DNA from: a virus
Taxonomy: Duplodnaviria; Caudoviricetes
Direction: 5' to 3' (one strand)
Length of the DNA: 63,417 bases
IMG/VR virus record: IMGVR_UViG_3300029893_000006
Coordinates: 1 to 63,417 of that record
The position numbers and the translations under genes are program-made. Below the pieces are notes generated by a model that saw only the letters and a program-made list of their open reading frames with translations, was not told where the DNA came from and did not search any database. Positions 49,701 to 56,728 of this stretch are shown here, piece after piece. Within the stretch, counting starts at the first letter, position 1. Each line of letters starts with the position of its first letter.

Positions 49701-51528
49701 GGCCCTGTTCTACCGCCTTCTGATAAGCTAAAATAGTAGCATCGTTAATCTCTTTTGTGCTTTTGGCAGTGCCTTCTCTTACAAGTTGCCGTAGCTGTGA
49801 AGGGCTTATGATAGGCCCTCCGGCAATGGGAGCTGTCATGGGTTGCAGTTTGCCCACATCGGTTGGTAAAACTTTAAATTCCGGAAACTTTGATGGGGCC
49901 TGCTGTCGCCGTCCAACATAGGGTAATTCGACTTTTTCTCCATATAAACCGGTAGCAGTAGTTGGAACCTGTCCAGTGGGAGGAATTTCGCCACGAGTAA
50001 CGGCCTGTAATCTCTGCACCTTTTCCTGCACTTCCGGCCTGGGCGCTCTCATAGGCCATTCTTTTGTATATGGAGCTTCTGGAATGATTGCAAATGCGCC
50101 GGTTTTGCCTATTTCATAGGCATCTACAGTATCTTTAATCCGGGCAATCATTTCCCTGCCTCTGGGTGTTTGCGCCCATTCCGTCTGTGAATATTTATAC
50201 AGATAATCTATTCTTGCCTGTAAAGTTTCTTCTGTCGGTTTTACTACTACAAATTCTATTGATGGTCTTTCACCCTTTTGGACCCTGGTTTCTCTCCAGT
50301 AAATATCCAGTCCCTTTTTAGTGGCAGGATCTTTTATTTCCCTGTATCCCTGGCGCACCATGCTTTCTTTATTAAAGTACGGCGACGCTTCCTTGATAAT
50401 CGCCCTGCCTCCGCCAAGAACAGCTCCGGTCAAAAAGCCCCAGCCAAAATCTTTAGTTAAATTTTTCGCTATCTCTTGTATCTTTTTTGCATCGGGAATC
50501 CCTTGAAGCTGTAAAGCATCTAAAAGCAATCTGCGGCCAGAAAAATTAATGCCTGATGTAAGGCCGCCGATAACCGCCCTTGCAGCAACCCTGCCGACAA
50601 TATCTTTAAGCGGCGAAGGGACAGGGCCCAACTCCTGCAAAACTTTCTGGCTGGCCATAGTTCTAAGCACACGTTCCCCTACTTTGCCTGTCAAAAGACG
50701 TCCCATAACCATATTTGTAGCAGGGGATACAATTTCATAACCCATGCGGCCTATACCGCCAGGAACCATATAACCTGTAATTACACCTATAATATCGGCA
50801 GTAAAGTCAAGTGCTTCGTTACCAGTAGAAGGCATTTCTTCATAAACGCTCTTTCCAGGGGCCGCTATTTGCCCCGCCATTTCGCTCATGCGGAGCAAAT
50901 ACTGCCCTGGCTTAGTCCGCTCAAAAGCCCTAAGCCTTTGGGACCATTCTTCAAGTGCCTGTGGAGTAGTAGGCTCCCATCCTTCTTCAAGCATTTCCTG
51001 TCTTTTTGCCTGAATACCAAAAATATCTTTGCCGCTCATAAGCCTTTTAAACCAATCAGGAGGCGTTTTGTCTATTTGTGCTTTTTCCTTTACATCTGTA
51101 GGAGTTGTAGGTGGCCGCAAATATTCCCATTTCCATTCATAGTCAAATGTAGGAGTTGTCGGAATAGAAGGGATAATCTGTTTTGCCTTTAGGTTTTCTA
51201 TAACCTGCTTTGCCGTTGGAGCTGCGCCTGTAACAACATCAGGCATTACTGTAGGTTTTATTATATCAGGTTCCGCATACCTGCCCATTTCTGTAGCAGG
51301 CACTTGTGGCACAAATGGTTTAGCCGGAACAACCTGCTGTACCGGTGCTGATTTTTGCCATAAATCAGGGGTGCTTATGGCCGTTGTGGGTATTACAGGG
51401 GTTTCTGGAGTTGTTGGCATAGTTCGTCTGGAAAGATCCGGCTCAAATACTGGCCGTTTCTTCTTTTTTTTGTTTTCTTCGTACGCTGCATAAAGCCCTA
51501 ATGGATCACTTCTGCGGTCAATAGCCAT
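37792..51528 (-). CDS. Giant (4578 aa) polyvalent DarB-like ejection protein: N6-MTase, SNF2 helicase, second MTase, HExxH peptidase, LPD38-like C-terminus
   Basis: LEPAMGIGHF/NVPF; HVAGSGKT, VDESH, SGTPISN, QRERRGIRQGN; FDVGGG...NVLNV; AHELGH; PFFNAAIRG...YQELPEWRKNLFW. Confidence 0.9.
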   Translation of the reverse strand: MAIDRRSDPLGLYAAYEENKKKKKRPVFEPDLSRRTMPTTPETPVIPTTAISTPDLWQKSAPVQQVVPAKPFVPQVPATEMGRYAEPDIIKPTVMPDVVTGAAPTAKQVIENLKAKQIIPSIPTTPTFDYEWKWEYLRPPTTPTDVKEKAQIDKTPPDWFKRLMSGKDIFGIQAKRQEMLEEGWEPTTPQALEEWSQRLRAFERTKPGQYLLRMSEMAGQIAAPGKSVYEEMPSTGNEALDFTADIIGVITGYMVPGGIGRMGYEIVSPATNMVMGRLLTGKVGERVLRTMASQKVLQELGPVPSPLKDIVGRVAARAVIGGLTSGINFSGRRLLLDALQLQGIPDAKKIQEIAKNLTKDFGWGFLTGAVLGGGRAIIKEASPYFNKESMVRQGYREIKDPATKKGLDIYWRETRVQKGERPSIEFVVVKPTEETLQARIDYLYKYSQTEWAQTPRGREMIARIKDTVDAYEIGKTGAFAIIPEAPYTKEWPMRAPRPEVQEKVQRLQAVTRGEIPPTGQVPTTATGLYGEKVELPYVGRRQQAPSKFPEFKVLPTDVGKLQPMTAPIAGGPIISPSQLRQLVREGTAKSTKEINDATILAYQKAVEQGLGHKEARSIVQNIVDTFRQVGARLNTENVAKYFENINAGMAPAEAVKMVAERPDKIGPTAVYRDPYQMTQEEYVAKKVKEGVSRDAAEREHYEAVAEAIRADRVVTPAAVASYPDLEKILEEKIAKRTEEMKAVEIAKAKPEVKPEPKPAEVPAKEPWQMTRKEYMAKGIIPLPVDHPLQVKAENAIKALKEAKKKLLDVSPHKYGDDAIEKSLRSTKVPREIKEAYNIAKKEYRSAVNAVEQEADHKTLVERALAEGKPIPPEVLADYPDLKPVEAPARTIDDLNLGRSGKAALKKWAANERIMVDLDKPDDPDTKLFVEFFNKYYQAGLEGVSKRNIPFDEVDTGFPPFLADEFYEAGEKDAARTKPKEEPEKPAGEPGKPWWEKDVDWTTPEEYKGEPGIPIRIRPVVSSTGKGYSLMDANGVRFGTIRESWEEAVAAANKENRRLYEAEQIRLKAIQEKEKQEAPAPTEKTPSGITWRLNDEKGGVEIKFPERPDDAIIQRLRNAGFRWSKPQKLWYAKQSDARIALAKELAGEQEKPEVKEPSKKELKPPEDSGKMEAEKVPVPEGRVADNIDWLKGAASDARKRLAARRAKREAEAQKEEMPEELSFAVGKAGGLPMDDLVDYAIVGAELLATENPSYDEWAEVMLEEFGPAIKLFLRGIYGQSKAMLEMTPAEINEMVGITQREEVTGLEDRREPDGTQRGEEALERVPSEDVQRTEGERGARPDRKESDKADDRGHRKTARPGTDVRTGVGDDEKQLDVPAEREGGTGAGHESPDPEITTPGRSITSENYRIRPEDQLDTRSKLQKLNDNIRAIRLMKDLVERNQPATPEEQAILIKYVGWGFYKDVFDKSYAEKHGLMEQYNALKELLTEEEFMSARATTPFAHYTSPEIINAMYEVLQRIGFDGGRILEPAMGIGHFFGMMPENLAKKSWLTGVEIDTVSGNIAKLLYPRANINVMGYEEFDVPYDKRKLLNENYYDLAISNVPFNRTPPAKDVRYKNIADNLHNFFFAKAVDQVRPGGIVAFVTSRYTMDSRDRSFREYLNERADFLGAVRLHNEAFKGIAETQVVTDIIFLRKRAVGEPYAGEEWLENKDVTVEKNREAINEYYVDHPEMVMGETAFIRGMYYAGEYAVVPDGRDLAQSVIDALTEKLPRNAYKQRPVHEATEAPKIEDFLIAPPETQEGSIVIQKNKLMIAQLDDNGQLVLMPADKVLNFTPGGTVEKRIRGMIKIRDIYNELLNLELSDGSEAEIEKLRKTLNKVYDDFVKNYGYINTAANSRAFAEDNSYYRIAGLEVQDPETGKYVKNDVFKKRTVRKYETKTSAENSKEGLLITLNERGVVDINHIASLTGKTSDQVAEELTGFIFKDPEKGWVTADEYLSGNVRQKLRIAEDAAKHDKSYEANVKALKEVQPADLTPDKIYVKLGVPWIGKDDVRDFLVHLLDIKSWEADEVRVTHETRSGIWGIDFKDKGVKTSVRNSTANRKTWGFVFRGFDTSTGRSFTIEKSALDIIESLLNSRSLNATFKRVTYDPVEGREKEKTVTHQAATLALREKGREIEQEFKEWLWSDSERAERLAKVYNWEFNNSVMRNFDGSHLTFPGMNPAITLGPHQKDMVWRIVQSRGALAHHVAGSGKTFVMVASAMEMKRLGIANKPIVVTRPSIIGQFAAEARRLYPAAKILAYSQKDMAADKRKKALARIAAGDWDLVIMPHSSFKMVPLSGEYVERIINRELANLERSIQEQRRALGQEGKAIVRKMENARNALEKKLREHLAKLERQQDAGFMTFEESGIDALFVDESHYYKNLFYNTSMNNIGNMGSPQGSMQAFDMFTKTDYVRNLRDGSGIVFASGTPISNSMVEMYALLRYLAPQELEARDLHSFDAWASVFGRAVTASELNPSGKGFRPKVRFAQFVNLPELLQLYHSFADVVNHERFLELNPHIKLPKIATGQRILISAQPSEEIMDYIEELDDRCEAIKAGHVDPSEDNFLKVVNDGRLVALYPPLRGLMDYKDSRINLAINNIFDIWKKYEKDRLTQLAFLDLSVPKGKSKEQEEADIDEEAEDVVFEDLEEDQQTVYEVIRRKLLAKGVPADEIAFIHDYKTDKQRLELFEKVKRGDIRILLGSTSKMGEGMNVQDKVIAVHHLDCPWKPSEIEQRERRGIRQGNQNEEVFIYTYGTERTFDIFMWQLISIKQKNFKQVETRNINPEMREMENFDEIQMSSKQMSAILTGDPKYMEYTEIEQRLIELAAIESGYIGKREAIKREISSASMSLEGAKKVAEKSKQDLERAKNIKGDLFEIKLFDKVYKDRKEAGKIIQGVEGPLKNVFHKYDKFRQESFYTPKQFLDEINKLQGINAHLFNAEKYKEGISEEELNAVIIPLGEFAGFPLSLRLHYQYGGALIFEGSNFYKVLLGETGYNTIRSLEIRAQGIKKDYTDRVKFIESLTKRLEELKAEAAKPFKYADELKKLRRRKEELAQELGIDQLEGEVMVEDAYVPETYGVGVIEISLMIDGIKQKVEVTGKEVAPGIAINKGVKNEKKDIRDLWRVTHLQSGLRFGTYYDTMQTAEKAALAISKLADWNVPLSDISNEIKQEATKLAEDFSKKEQQAQAEQELEERSYDIFLNRTEYLSTEVSAPAKELRHAPERTSQKQKAGGLTLLVKLVDRGVIERPAFHFDVGGGRYDLGIEYLKENGIECILWDPEARSPEYNKASLERLKQVGGAETASLNNVLNVLPDKESRLDAIRFMFQHLQTGGLAIITVHQGDKTGVSKKVVVGNQYNWQLNRPLESYLPEIKEALGNAANIEMKYNAFLITKKRRLDLTRLAKRVSAEKAAAEKAEEKAEKELLKVHKEPWQEELDDSMPEVMHSIAKKDARAFAKATGAREGETGKQAWERVTRKQDILRKIDRVIATYKGHVRGPMAGFFRSKEKYIRIKTKFFADLEILAHELGHFLDGELKLFSKRNINKVMGEKAFDSISQELVLNSPYVQETLLKVRPEASFKLQVHEGIADFINFYINEPEKAKELMPGFYEYFDKMIHTQSELLDKVEEIRAIVDKYYRQPDIALVNSFIGSEKEKTISWSKVKDWWEQVYYNIFDDSARIAYYMEQLYGGRKVAGEGATKVVDPEKNAWLMYRMAKGAQMAAHNFIRRGGGQIEYGTKKKIGPSLYEITDPIHQMGKDEDGVPHFVKFTAYLVSKMAIYREDELGVISGMDKAQLEAARRLVKEVEASKYFKKYDKAREEMRDFCRFVLRQLVRGGILSEEGYETIIKKYPDIYIPFYRVRDDRKVKKSEGQHIANISKGVITYKGAMLPIQDPWQSIIRQTHIFTILADKNLAMQALVDMEQIAGGTGEWFSSIPTPVKVTKATIGELLTMLGIDVDDSSALDVLGELLNEAAQGKEVDMGTLVNIFRPERFGDVRKNVVMVWREGKPQFYEFKDKQLFNAIMHIDSETAGWFVDTFLRPAAKLLRIGATWNPRFLGFNAWRDAWQTPIYSEYQNLPLLGLFKGLYHIAKNDEVYRDFLADRAGMSTQLSYDKDYLTEGYHHILRSRWQEMMKIAINPIGLLGRASSMIEYATNVGEYMAARRKGAHWITGSFAGRDITVDHQVHGSKTAIIRGSTPFFNAAIRGHDKMRRAFQKNPARFILRALLILTLPTVLLYLLNRNNPYYQELPEWRKNLFWNYPLPVGGSFTRTKWFLTVPRPFLMGIIFGAFPENLMRQLDKKNRASWNNLSEDLLKTAVPNYMPAAIGPILEQWGNLRFYNDAPVVPASEAGRAPEFQYGAYTSEVAKLLGKKLKLSPRRIDALIQGYTAGVGRHVIRAVDELLYLTGVADRKLRPKGTIQDIPVLGDIIATSGAYGSASVDRFYKDLNRAEVLAAREQSYLERGQTPPKLSAKDQALLWDLEYMRSLQRELAGVRSIMREIHESADYTPEEKRKLLDFYELTIVNQVRVHYSLQPIPIE
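47322..47615 (-). CDS. Nested +1-frame gene (TnpV-like helical protein) inside the giant gene
   Basis: AGGAGGT RBS 9 nt before TTG; KRHWKEFRPKMYKELKESGEL...AWEMTRNNWMYLP; the host frame here is low-complexity. Confidence 0.75.
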   Translation of the reverse strand: MRIEENLMAPSAVKRHWKEFRPKMYKELKESGELDQTVRKAIRLTIEDIAKLQDQGLTYEQAWEMTRNNWMYLPSEKEAPELGMNLRTLKLPPLEEV

Positions 51529-51545
51529 TAATTGCCCCTCCTTTC

Positions 51546-52526
51546 TTATCTCGTAGAAACGCCTGGAATCCTAGGCCTTTGCTGGCCCTGGACCTTGGAC
51601 AAATTAGTTTGAGGGAAAAATGACGGTATAAACGTACTGCTATATCTTTCTACAGTTTTTTCTTGTTCCGCTTTTTGAATTGGTGCCTTGAGCAGAGCTT
51701 CCATTACTTCTTTCCTTGCTTTTTCCAGATCATTTAAGTATTTTTTGGACCAATCCACTCTTTGTGTTATTCCACCGAAAAATGAAATAGGATCTTTACT
51801 GGCGCCAACCGGAATAGGCCTTTGTTGTGCAATCATGGAATTAATAGCTTGTTCATATCGTTCTAAAGCTATCTGGAGTGCGTCTGTATCATTTAACATG
51901 TGAGCCGCCAACTGTGTTTTTACTGCCGGAGAATCCAGCGCGCTTTTGATGTCTTTCCAGGAACCCCCGTCAGCGATAATATCGTTAATAAAGTTACTGA
52001 TATATTGGCCTCCTACAGCATTAAGAAACTCTCTTTGCTGGTTTTCTGTAGTTAGCCAGGGATAAGGTTCTAGAGGATTATAAAGATCTTCTTTTGTTGT
52101 TTTTGTTCCTGTTCCGCTTGCCGCTTTCGCTTTCAAAGCATTGGCAATAGCATCCTGTGCAACCTTGTATTCCCATTCCTTCTCATAACGCTCATCAGCC
52201 AGCTTATCCCGTTCTAACTGATATTCCCATTCTTCCTGCGCTCTTTTCTCCGCTTCCTGCTGTTTGCGAAGTTCTTCCATGAGCCTTTTACCGGAAATAG
52301 TAGGAACTACCGGCCTTTGGGCCTGCTCCTGCCTCATCTGCTCAATGATCTGGCCCGCCCTTTCTTTCGGACTAAGTGGCATCTTAAATGCAGGCTCTTT
52401 GGCAGCAGCAAGGCCGGTAAATCCGGTAGGAATATGCTGTGAAATAGAAGGAGAAGCAAACTGCTGTCGCTTCTCCTGTGCTTTCCGTGAAGCTTCGATT
52501 AACCATGACATATCTTCAATAGCCAT
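51546..52526 (-). CDS. Internal virion/ejection protein
   Basis: Position before the giant protein; helical EWEY repeats. Confidence 0.55.
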   Translation of the reverse strand: MAIEDMSWLIEASRKAQEKRQQFASPSISQHIPTGFTGLAAAKEPAFKMPLSPKERAGQIIEQMRQEQAQRPVVPTISGKRLMEELRKQQEAEKRAQEEWEYQLERDKLADERYEKEWEYKVAQDAIANALKAKAASGTGTKTTKEDLYNPLEPYPWLTTENQQREFLNAVGGQYISNFINDIIADGGSWKDIKSALDSPAVKTQLAAHMLNDTDALQIALERYEQAINSMIAQQRPIPVGASKDPISFFGGITQRVDWSKKYLNDLEKARKEVMEALLKAPIQKAEQEKTVERYSSTFIPSFFPQTNLSKVQGQQRPRIPGVSTR

Positions 52527-52529
52527 CTC

Positions 52530-53738
52530 CTAATACCCCCTTCGCCACCAATCCTGGGCCGCTGCGTCTACCTGCGCCGTTGTCAATCCTGCCTTTTCTG
52601 CCTGCTGCCTTATTTCCTGTCCTCTTAATGCGGCTGCATCCCTTTCCGCCTGCGTAGTAGCCGCACTGTAAGCTTTTTGAGCCTCATAGAGCTGCTTGCC
52701 ATAATCAACAGCAGGGGCCAATGTCTGGCTTGCAGGCGTTGTAGGCTCCTGCTGCCATCGTTCAGATTCCGGCACAAGCTCGTAAGGCGCCCTGGCACTA
52801 TACCAGCCAAGCTCCTGCTGATCCTGCCACTGCGCCAGGTTGATGGCGTTCTGTAAATTCTTGGCTATGGCCTCCTGCCTTCTTGTTACATCGGATTCCA
52901 ACTGCCTGATCCCTTCAAGACCGTACTGAGACGCAGCGTTTATCCTGGCCGAAGCGAAGTTCTGCAAAGCCTGGTTTAACTGGTTCTGGAGAGCGGATAA
53001 ACGATTACCCAGCATCTGCTGCTGTGCCGTCAGATGCCCTTTGGCAAGCCTGCCCTCCATCTCCAGCCATATACCGGACTGGAGCAATCCCCTGCGGCTC
53101 ATTTCTTCCATGAGCGACCTGCGCTGCTCCTGGACGGTCTCCTTTAAGCTGGCCAGCGCCGCCTGAGTAGCAGGGTCTACGCCGCCCATCTGCTCCTCAA
53201 ACTGCCTGCGAATGGAAGCCTCGGCCTGCTCAATGGTGCTCATTAGCTGTGCATAAGCCTGCGCCACAAGGGGGGCAAGCTCTACGTTGCCGGCTGTTTC
53301 CTGCCAGATCCGCTGGAGTTCGTTAAAGATGGGGATGGCCTGGTTCATCACGTAGTCGGGGGAGAAAGTCGGCTGTTGTTGCTGTCTACCCGGCTCAACT
53401 ATACTTTCTGTTTTAGTCGTTTGCCCTGTTTGAGGTTCATATACCTGATAAGTTTGATAATACTGGCCTTCCTGTCCTGTGGGAGTGCGTTCAACTAAAG
53501 TTGCCGTGCCTATTTGGGGTGAAGTATCTTGAATTTTGTAGCCTGTTGCCTTATTTAATTCCTGCTGTGGGGTCAGCTTAGTTCCTTCCCAGGTATAAGT
53601 CGGTGCTGAAACAGTGCTGGGGTCTTTTGATACCTGCGCTCCCTTCGGAACTAACTGTGGGGCAGTTTCAGCCAATTTACCTAACTGTGTGGGACTAAGG
53701 CTGCTAATCCAGTCGTTTGAAGCTGGCATAACTATCAA
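52530..53738 (-). CDS. Internal virion/ejection protein
   Basis: Q/A-rich coiled coil, MSRRGLLQSG motif. Confidence 0.6.
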   Translation of the reverse strand: MIVMPASNDWISSLSPTQLGKLAETAPQLVPKGAQVSKDPSTVSAPTYTWEGTKLTPQQELNKATGYKIQDTSPQIGTATLVERTPTGQEGQYYQTYQVYEPQTGQTTKTESIVEPGRQQQQPTFSPDYVMNQAIPIFNELQRIWQETAGNVELAPLVAQAYAQLMSTIEQAEASIRRQFEEQMGGVDPATQAALASLKETVQEQRRSLMEEMSRRGLLQSGIWLEMEGRLAKGHLTAQQQMLGNRLSALQNQLNQALQNFASARINAASQYGLEGIRQLESDVTRRQEAIAKNLQNAINLAQWQDQQELGWYSARAPYELVPESERWQQEPTTPASQTLAPAVDYGKQLYEAQKAYSAATTQAERDAAALRGQEIRQQAEKAGLTTAQVDAAAQDWWRRGY

Positions 53739-53760
53739 CTCCTTTCCGCTTGATCAATTT

Positions 53761-54321
53761 TTAACCCGGAACAAATATCAGCCTTGCCGCCGCCAGAGCT
53801 GCCGCATAACTAGCATTGCTGGTTTTTAACACTACCCAGAGGTTTTCTCCGCTGGCAGGCATGGCTATTTCTCCAGACCTAACACGTATAAGCGCTGTTT
53901 CTTGCGTGGATACACTGCCGTATTCAGCAGATCCTTTCAAAATACAGGTTGCGGTTGCGGAAGCGTCGGCAATCGCCATACTTGCCTCCAGATACCATTT
54001 CCCTGCACCCGGGAAGTTAAGCGGGTTCCAGGCGAAATACCCGCCGACATCCTTGCCACTTGTGCTGGTAGTATTAACCGGATCGCCAAGCAGCACCAAG
54101 GGGATAGGCCATTCCCGCCACTCCAGTTTGTATAAAGGAGTGTCTCCGTTTTTAAGGGCTGCTCCCGGCAGTGTCCCGGCATTAATGATTGTCCCGCTTA
54201 TCCCTCTCGGGAAATTGGTCTTGTCAATAAAGTTAATGCCCTGCTGGATCAGGGTAAAGATAGCCGCTAATGCCTTTGGCGTGTATTCTTTCTTTGGAGG
54301 CCCTAAATCAACATAAGGCAT
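53761..54321 (-). CDS. Structural protein following the nozzle
   Basis: Position; RBS. Confidence 0.55.
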   Translation of the reverse strand: MPYVDLGPPKKEYTPKALAAIFTLIQQGINFIDKTNFPRGISGTIINAGTLPGAALKNGDTPLYKLEWREWPIPLVLLGDPVNTTSTSGKDVGGYFAWNPLNFPGAGKWYLEASMAIADASATATCILKGSAEYGSVSTQETALIRVRSGEIAMPASGENLWVVLKTSNASYAAALAAARLIFVPG

Positions 54322-54334
54322 AAAATCTCTCCTT

Positions 54335-56578
54335 TTACCGGAAAATGGTAGGCTTGATACCTTTGGCCATGTGTTCTATGCTTATCAACTGTATACCCAC
54401 GGGATTGTTCAATACTTCCTGGGCTATCTCCAGCGCAAGCCTCTGGCCGCCAACCACTCCGGCTTTACTGGCAAGAACCTGGATATTGTGAACCAGGTTG
54501 CCAACACCGGCAGGAATTACTACAGGCATTTCTCCGATATACTGCCCATTGACATAGAACCTCAATATAATAGTTGCTTCCGTAGCAGCAGGAGAAACCT
54601 GCAAAAGCATCTTATTGAGCCTCTTGTATATCTCCGGTGCGCCGAAGTCGATCTCCTTGCTTCGCCATTTCATAGTATAAGGCATTCCGTTATCGGAAAA
54701 GCCTGTCCCTATCTCTGTTACCTGCGTTTCTGTAGAACTTCCATAATAACTGGCTATTCTGCCGCCTTCCCTGAACGAAGTCCAGCAGGAAATATTCCAG
54801 CCTGTGTAAACCCCGATAAAAGCCTGTCTTAAAACGTCGTAAACGATTAAAGTGTTGTTGTAAATACTGCTACCTGATGGAGCAGCCACATAAAGTTTAT
54901 GATCATAGAACCAGCTTGCCACCTGGCTTAGACGCCTTGGATTCAAAGTGCGCCAGTAATTCCTTATTCTTTCGCTGATAAGAACGGCCTGGGTAAAATC
55001 TGTCAGATAGATACCATCATCGGAGACAAAGCATGAAGTATCGTTAATCTTAATAAGCGATCTCGGTGCATAAGCACCCCGGTCCGCATGAATACGCCTG
55101 ACCATGAAAGTTTCTATGCCGTCACCTGTCAGCATCCAGAGTGAATGACCTTTAGTTATGATCAGGTAATCACCATAGGTCATAATTCCGGTGATGGTGT
55201 CGCCGTCGTTTGGGCTGATGTCTATAAAGTTTAGAACCGGCCAGTCGTCAAAGTTAAGCAGTTCTGAAAAATAAAGCCTAGAGCCCAAGGCCAACCATAA
55301 TCTATTCTTATGCGCCGCCACATACCGGGCATGAGGAGGAGAGCCGCCTAAAAGCGCTATGGTAGTACCGTCATATTTGCGCGGAGCATTAATGCCGTTG
55401 ACGATTACCACATTATCTAGAAGGGTGTCAAAATAAAACTGGCCTTCGGCAGTAAAGTCAGAAGCCAGCAGAGTGGCGGCAGGCATCCCGTCGAAGATCA
55501 CCACCAGTTCATCAATGTTCGGGTCATCCTCACCGCTCCGGGTGAGGGTCAACCGTACCTGGACAAAATTATCCGCGGTATGCTGGAGAGTGCCGTCTAC
55601 CAAGGCATTCACCCAATCCGTCCACGGGCCAACAGAGGCCGGAGCACTGCGGGACTGGACAGCAATAACACTGTTGCCGGGCGTTTCGGCGGTTAAAGCC
55701 ACGTGGCCGGATGCCTTGTTGGTTGCGTTGCTGGCGTCAATGGCTGGGGAGGTCCAGACATAAGTGGCCTGGACATTCAAGTTGCCGTCGAAACGCATCA
55801 GATACGTTGTATCTTTATCCAATTCCAGCGGCGCTTCGTTTCCATTCTGGTAAGCTGCCGCTATCTCTGCGTTAGTAGGAGCACGGGATGAAATGCAGAG
55901 GTCGTCAATAAGGCCATCTAGCTGACAGGTGCCGTCGGCTTTGGAACCCCCGTAAACATAAGAACCAAAACTTATATCCGGCGCAATGGAGTTTGCAGCA
56001 ACTGCTTCACCGTTGAGAAACAGAGCCACACCTTCACTTGACCATCGCCAAACTACCCAATAAGCTTCTTCTTTAACCAGTGCAGATGGCCCAGCTATTT
56101 CGATAGTAGTTGCTCCGGTACCATACCGCAAACCGAGCCTTCCGTCAGTTTTTATTAGAACCTGCATATTGCGATTTATTGCTCCAGCGCCATCGAAGAT
56201 AAATTGCTCTGTAGTGCCGGGATTACGAAGAAGGGAAATCCAGCACTTAATACTCCCTTCAGAAGTATTCAAAACGCCATTAGCAGGAATAGTTAATGTT
56301 TCGCCGTATGTCGTTTCTATGGAAATTGCTTCATTAAACGCACCTTTATAGCTACGTAATCTAGTCGTGATTTGTCCAGCACCTGGCAATAATGCATCTA
56401 TAAAACAGCGTCGCCAGTAGGCAAAATCTGCTATACCGTAGCCTGCAAGCGTGCCAGAACAATGAATACGGGTAGTCATATTAGCAACCAGCATCCCATA
56501 GCCGGAAAGGTTCGCATTAACATATTGTTCTTTTTGATAGTTATAACTATGTTCGTTGAATAAATAGGCATTAAACAT
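54335..56578 (-). CDS. Tail nozzle/stabilisation protein, C-terminal part, with LamG domain
   Basis: LamG (LDGLIDDLCISSRA), then beta-propeller repeats (NGINAPRKYDG, HKNRLW, LYFSEL, DGDTITG) and KWRSKEIDFGAPEIYKRL. Confidence 0.75.
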   Translation of the reverse strand: MFNAYLFNEHSYNYQKEQYVNANLSGYGMLVANMTTRIHCSGTLAGYGIADFAYWRRCFIDALLPGAGQITTRLRSYKGAFNEAISIETTYGETLTIPANGVLNTSEGSIKCWISLLRNPGTTEQFIFDGAGAINRNMQVLIKTDGRLGLRYGTGATTIEIAGPSALVKEEAYWVVWRWSSEGVALFLNGEAVAANSIAPDISFGSYVYGGSKADGTCQLDGLIDDLCISSRAPTNAEIAAAYQNGNEAPLELDKDTTYLMRFDGNLNVQATYVWTSPAIDASNATNKASGHVALTAETPGNSVIAVQSRSAPASVGPWTDWVNALVDGTLQHTADNFVQVRLTLTRSGEDDPNIDELVVIFDGMPAATLLASDFTAEGQFYFDTLLDNVVIVNGINAPRKYDGTTIALLGGSPPHARYVAAHKNRLWLALGSRLYFSELLNFDDWPVLNFIDISPNDGDTITGIMTYGDYLIITKGHSLWMLTGDGIETFMVRRIHADRGAYAPRSLIKINDTSCFVSDDGIYLTDFTQAVLISERIRNYWRTLNPRRLSQVASWFYDHKLYVAAPSGSSIYNNTLIVYDVLRQAFIGVYTGWNISCWTSFREGGRIASYYGSSTETQVTEIGTGFSDNGMPYTMKWRSKEIDFGAPEIYKRLNKMLLQVSPAATEATIILRFYVNGQYIGEMPVVIPAGVGNLVHNIQVLASKAGVVGGQRLALEIAQEVLNNPVGIQLISIEHMAKGIKPTIFR

Positions 56579-56728
56579 TCTAACTACCACCTTGAGATTT
56601 ATAAGTTGCCGCCAAGAATGGCCCTTGATGTACACCTCAAAACCCTTGAATGCAGCTTTGCGAGGTTCTTTGCAAAAACTTGCAGGTTACTTTGTAAAAA
56701 TAAAAAGAGCCTTGCGGCTCTTAAGTTC

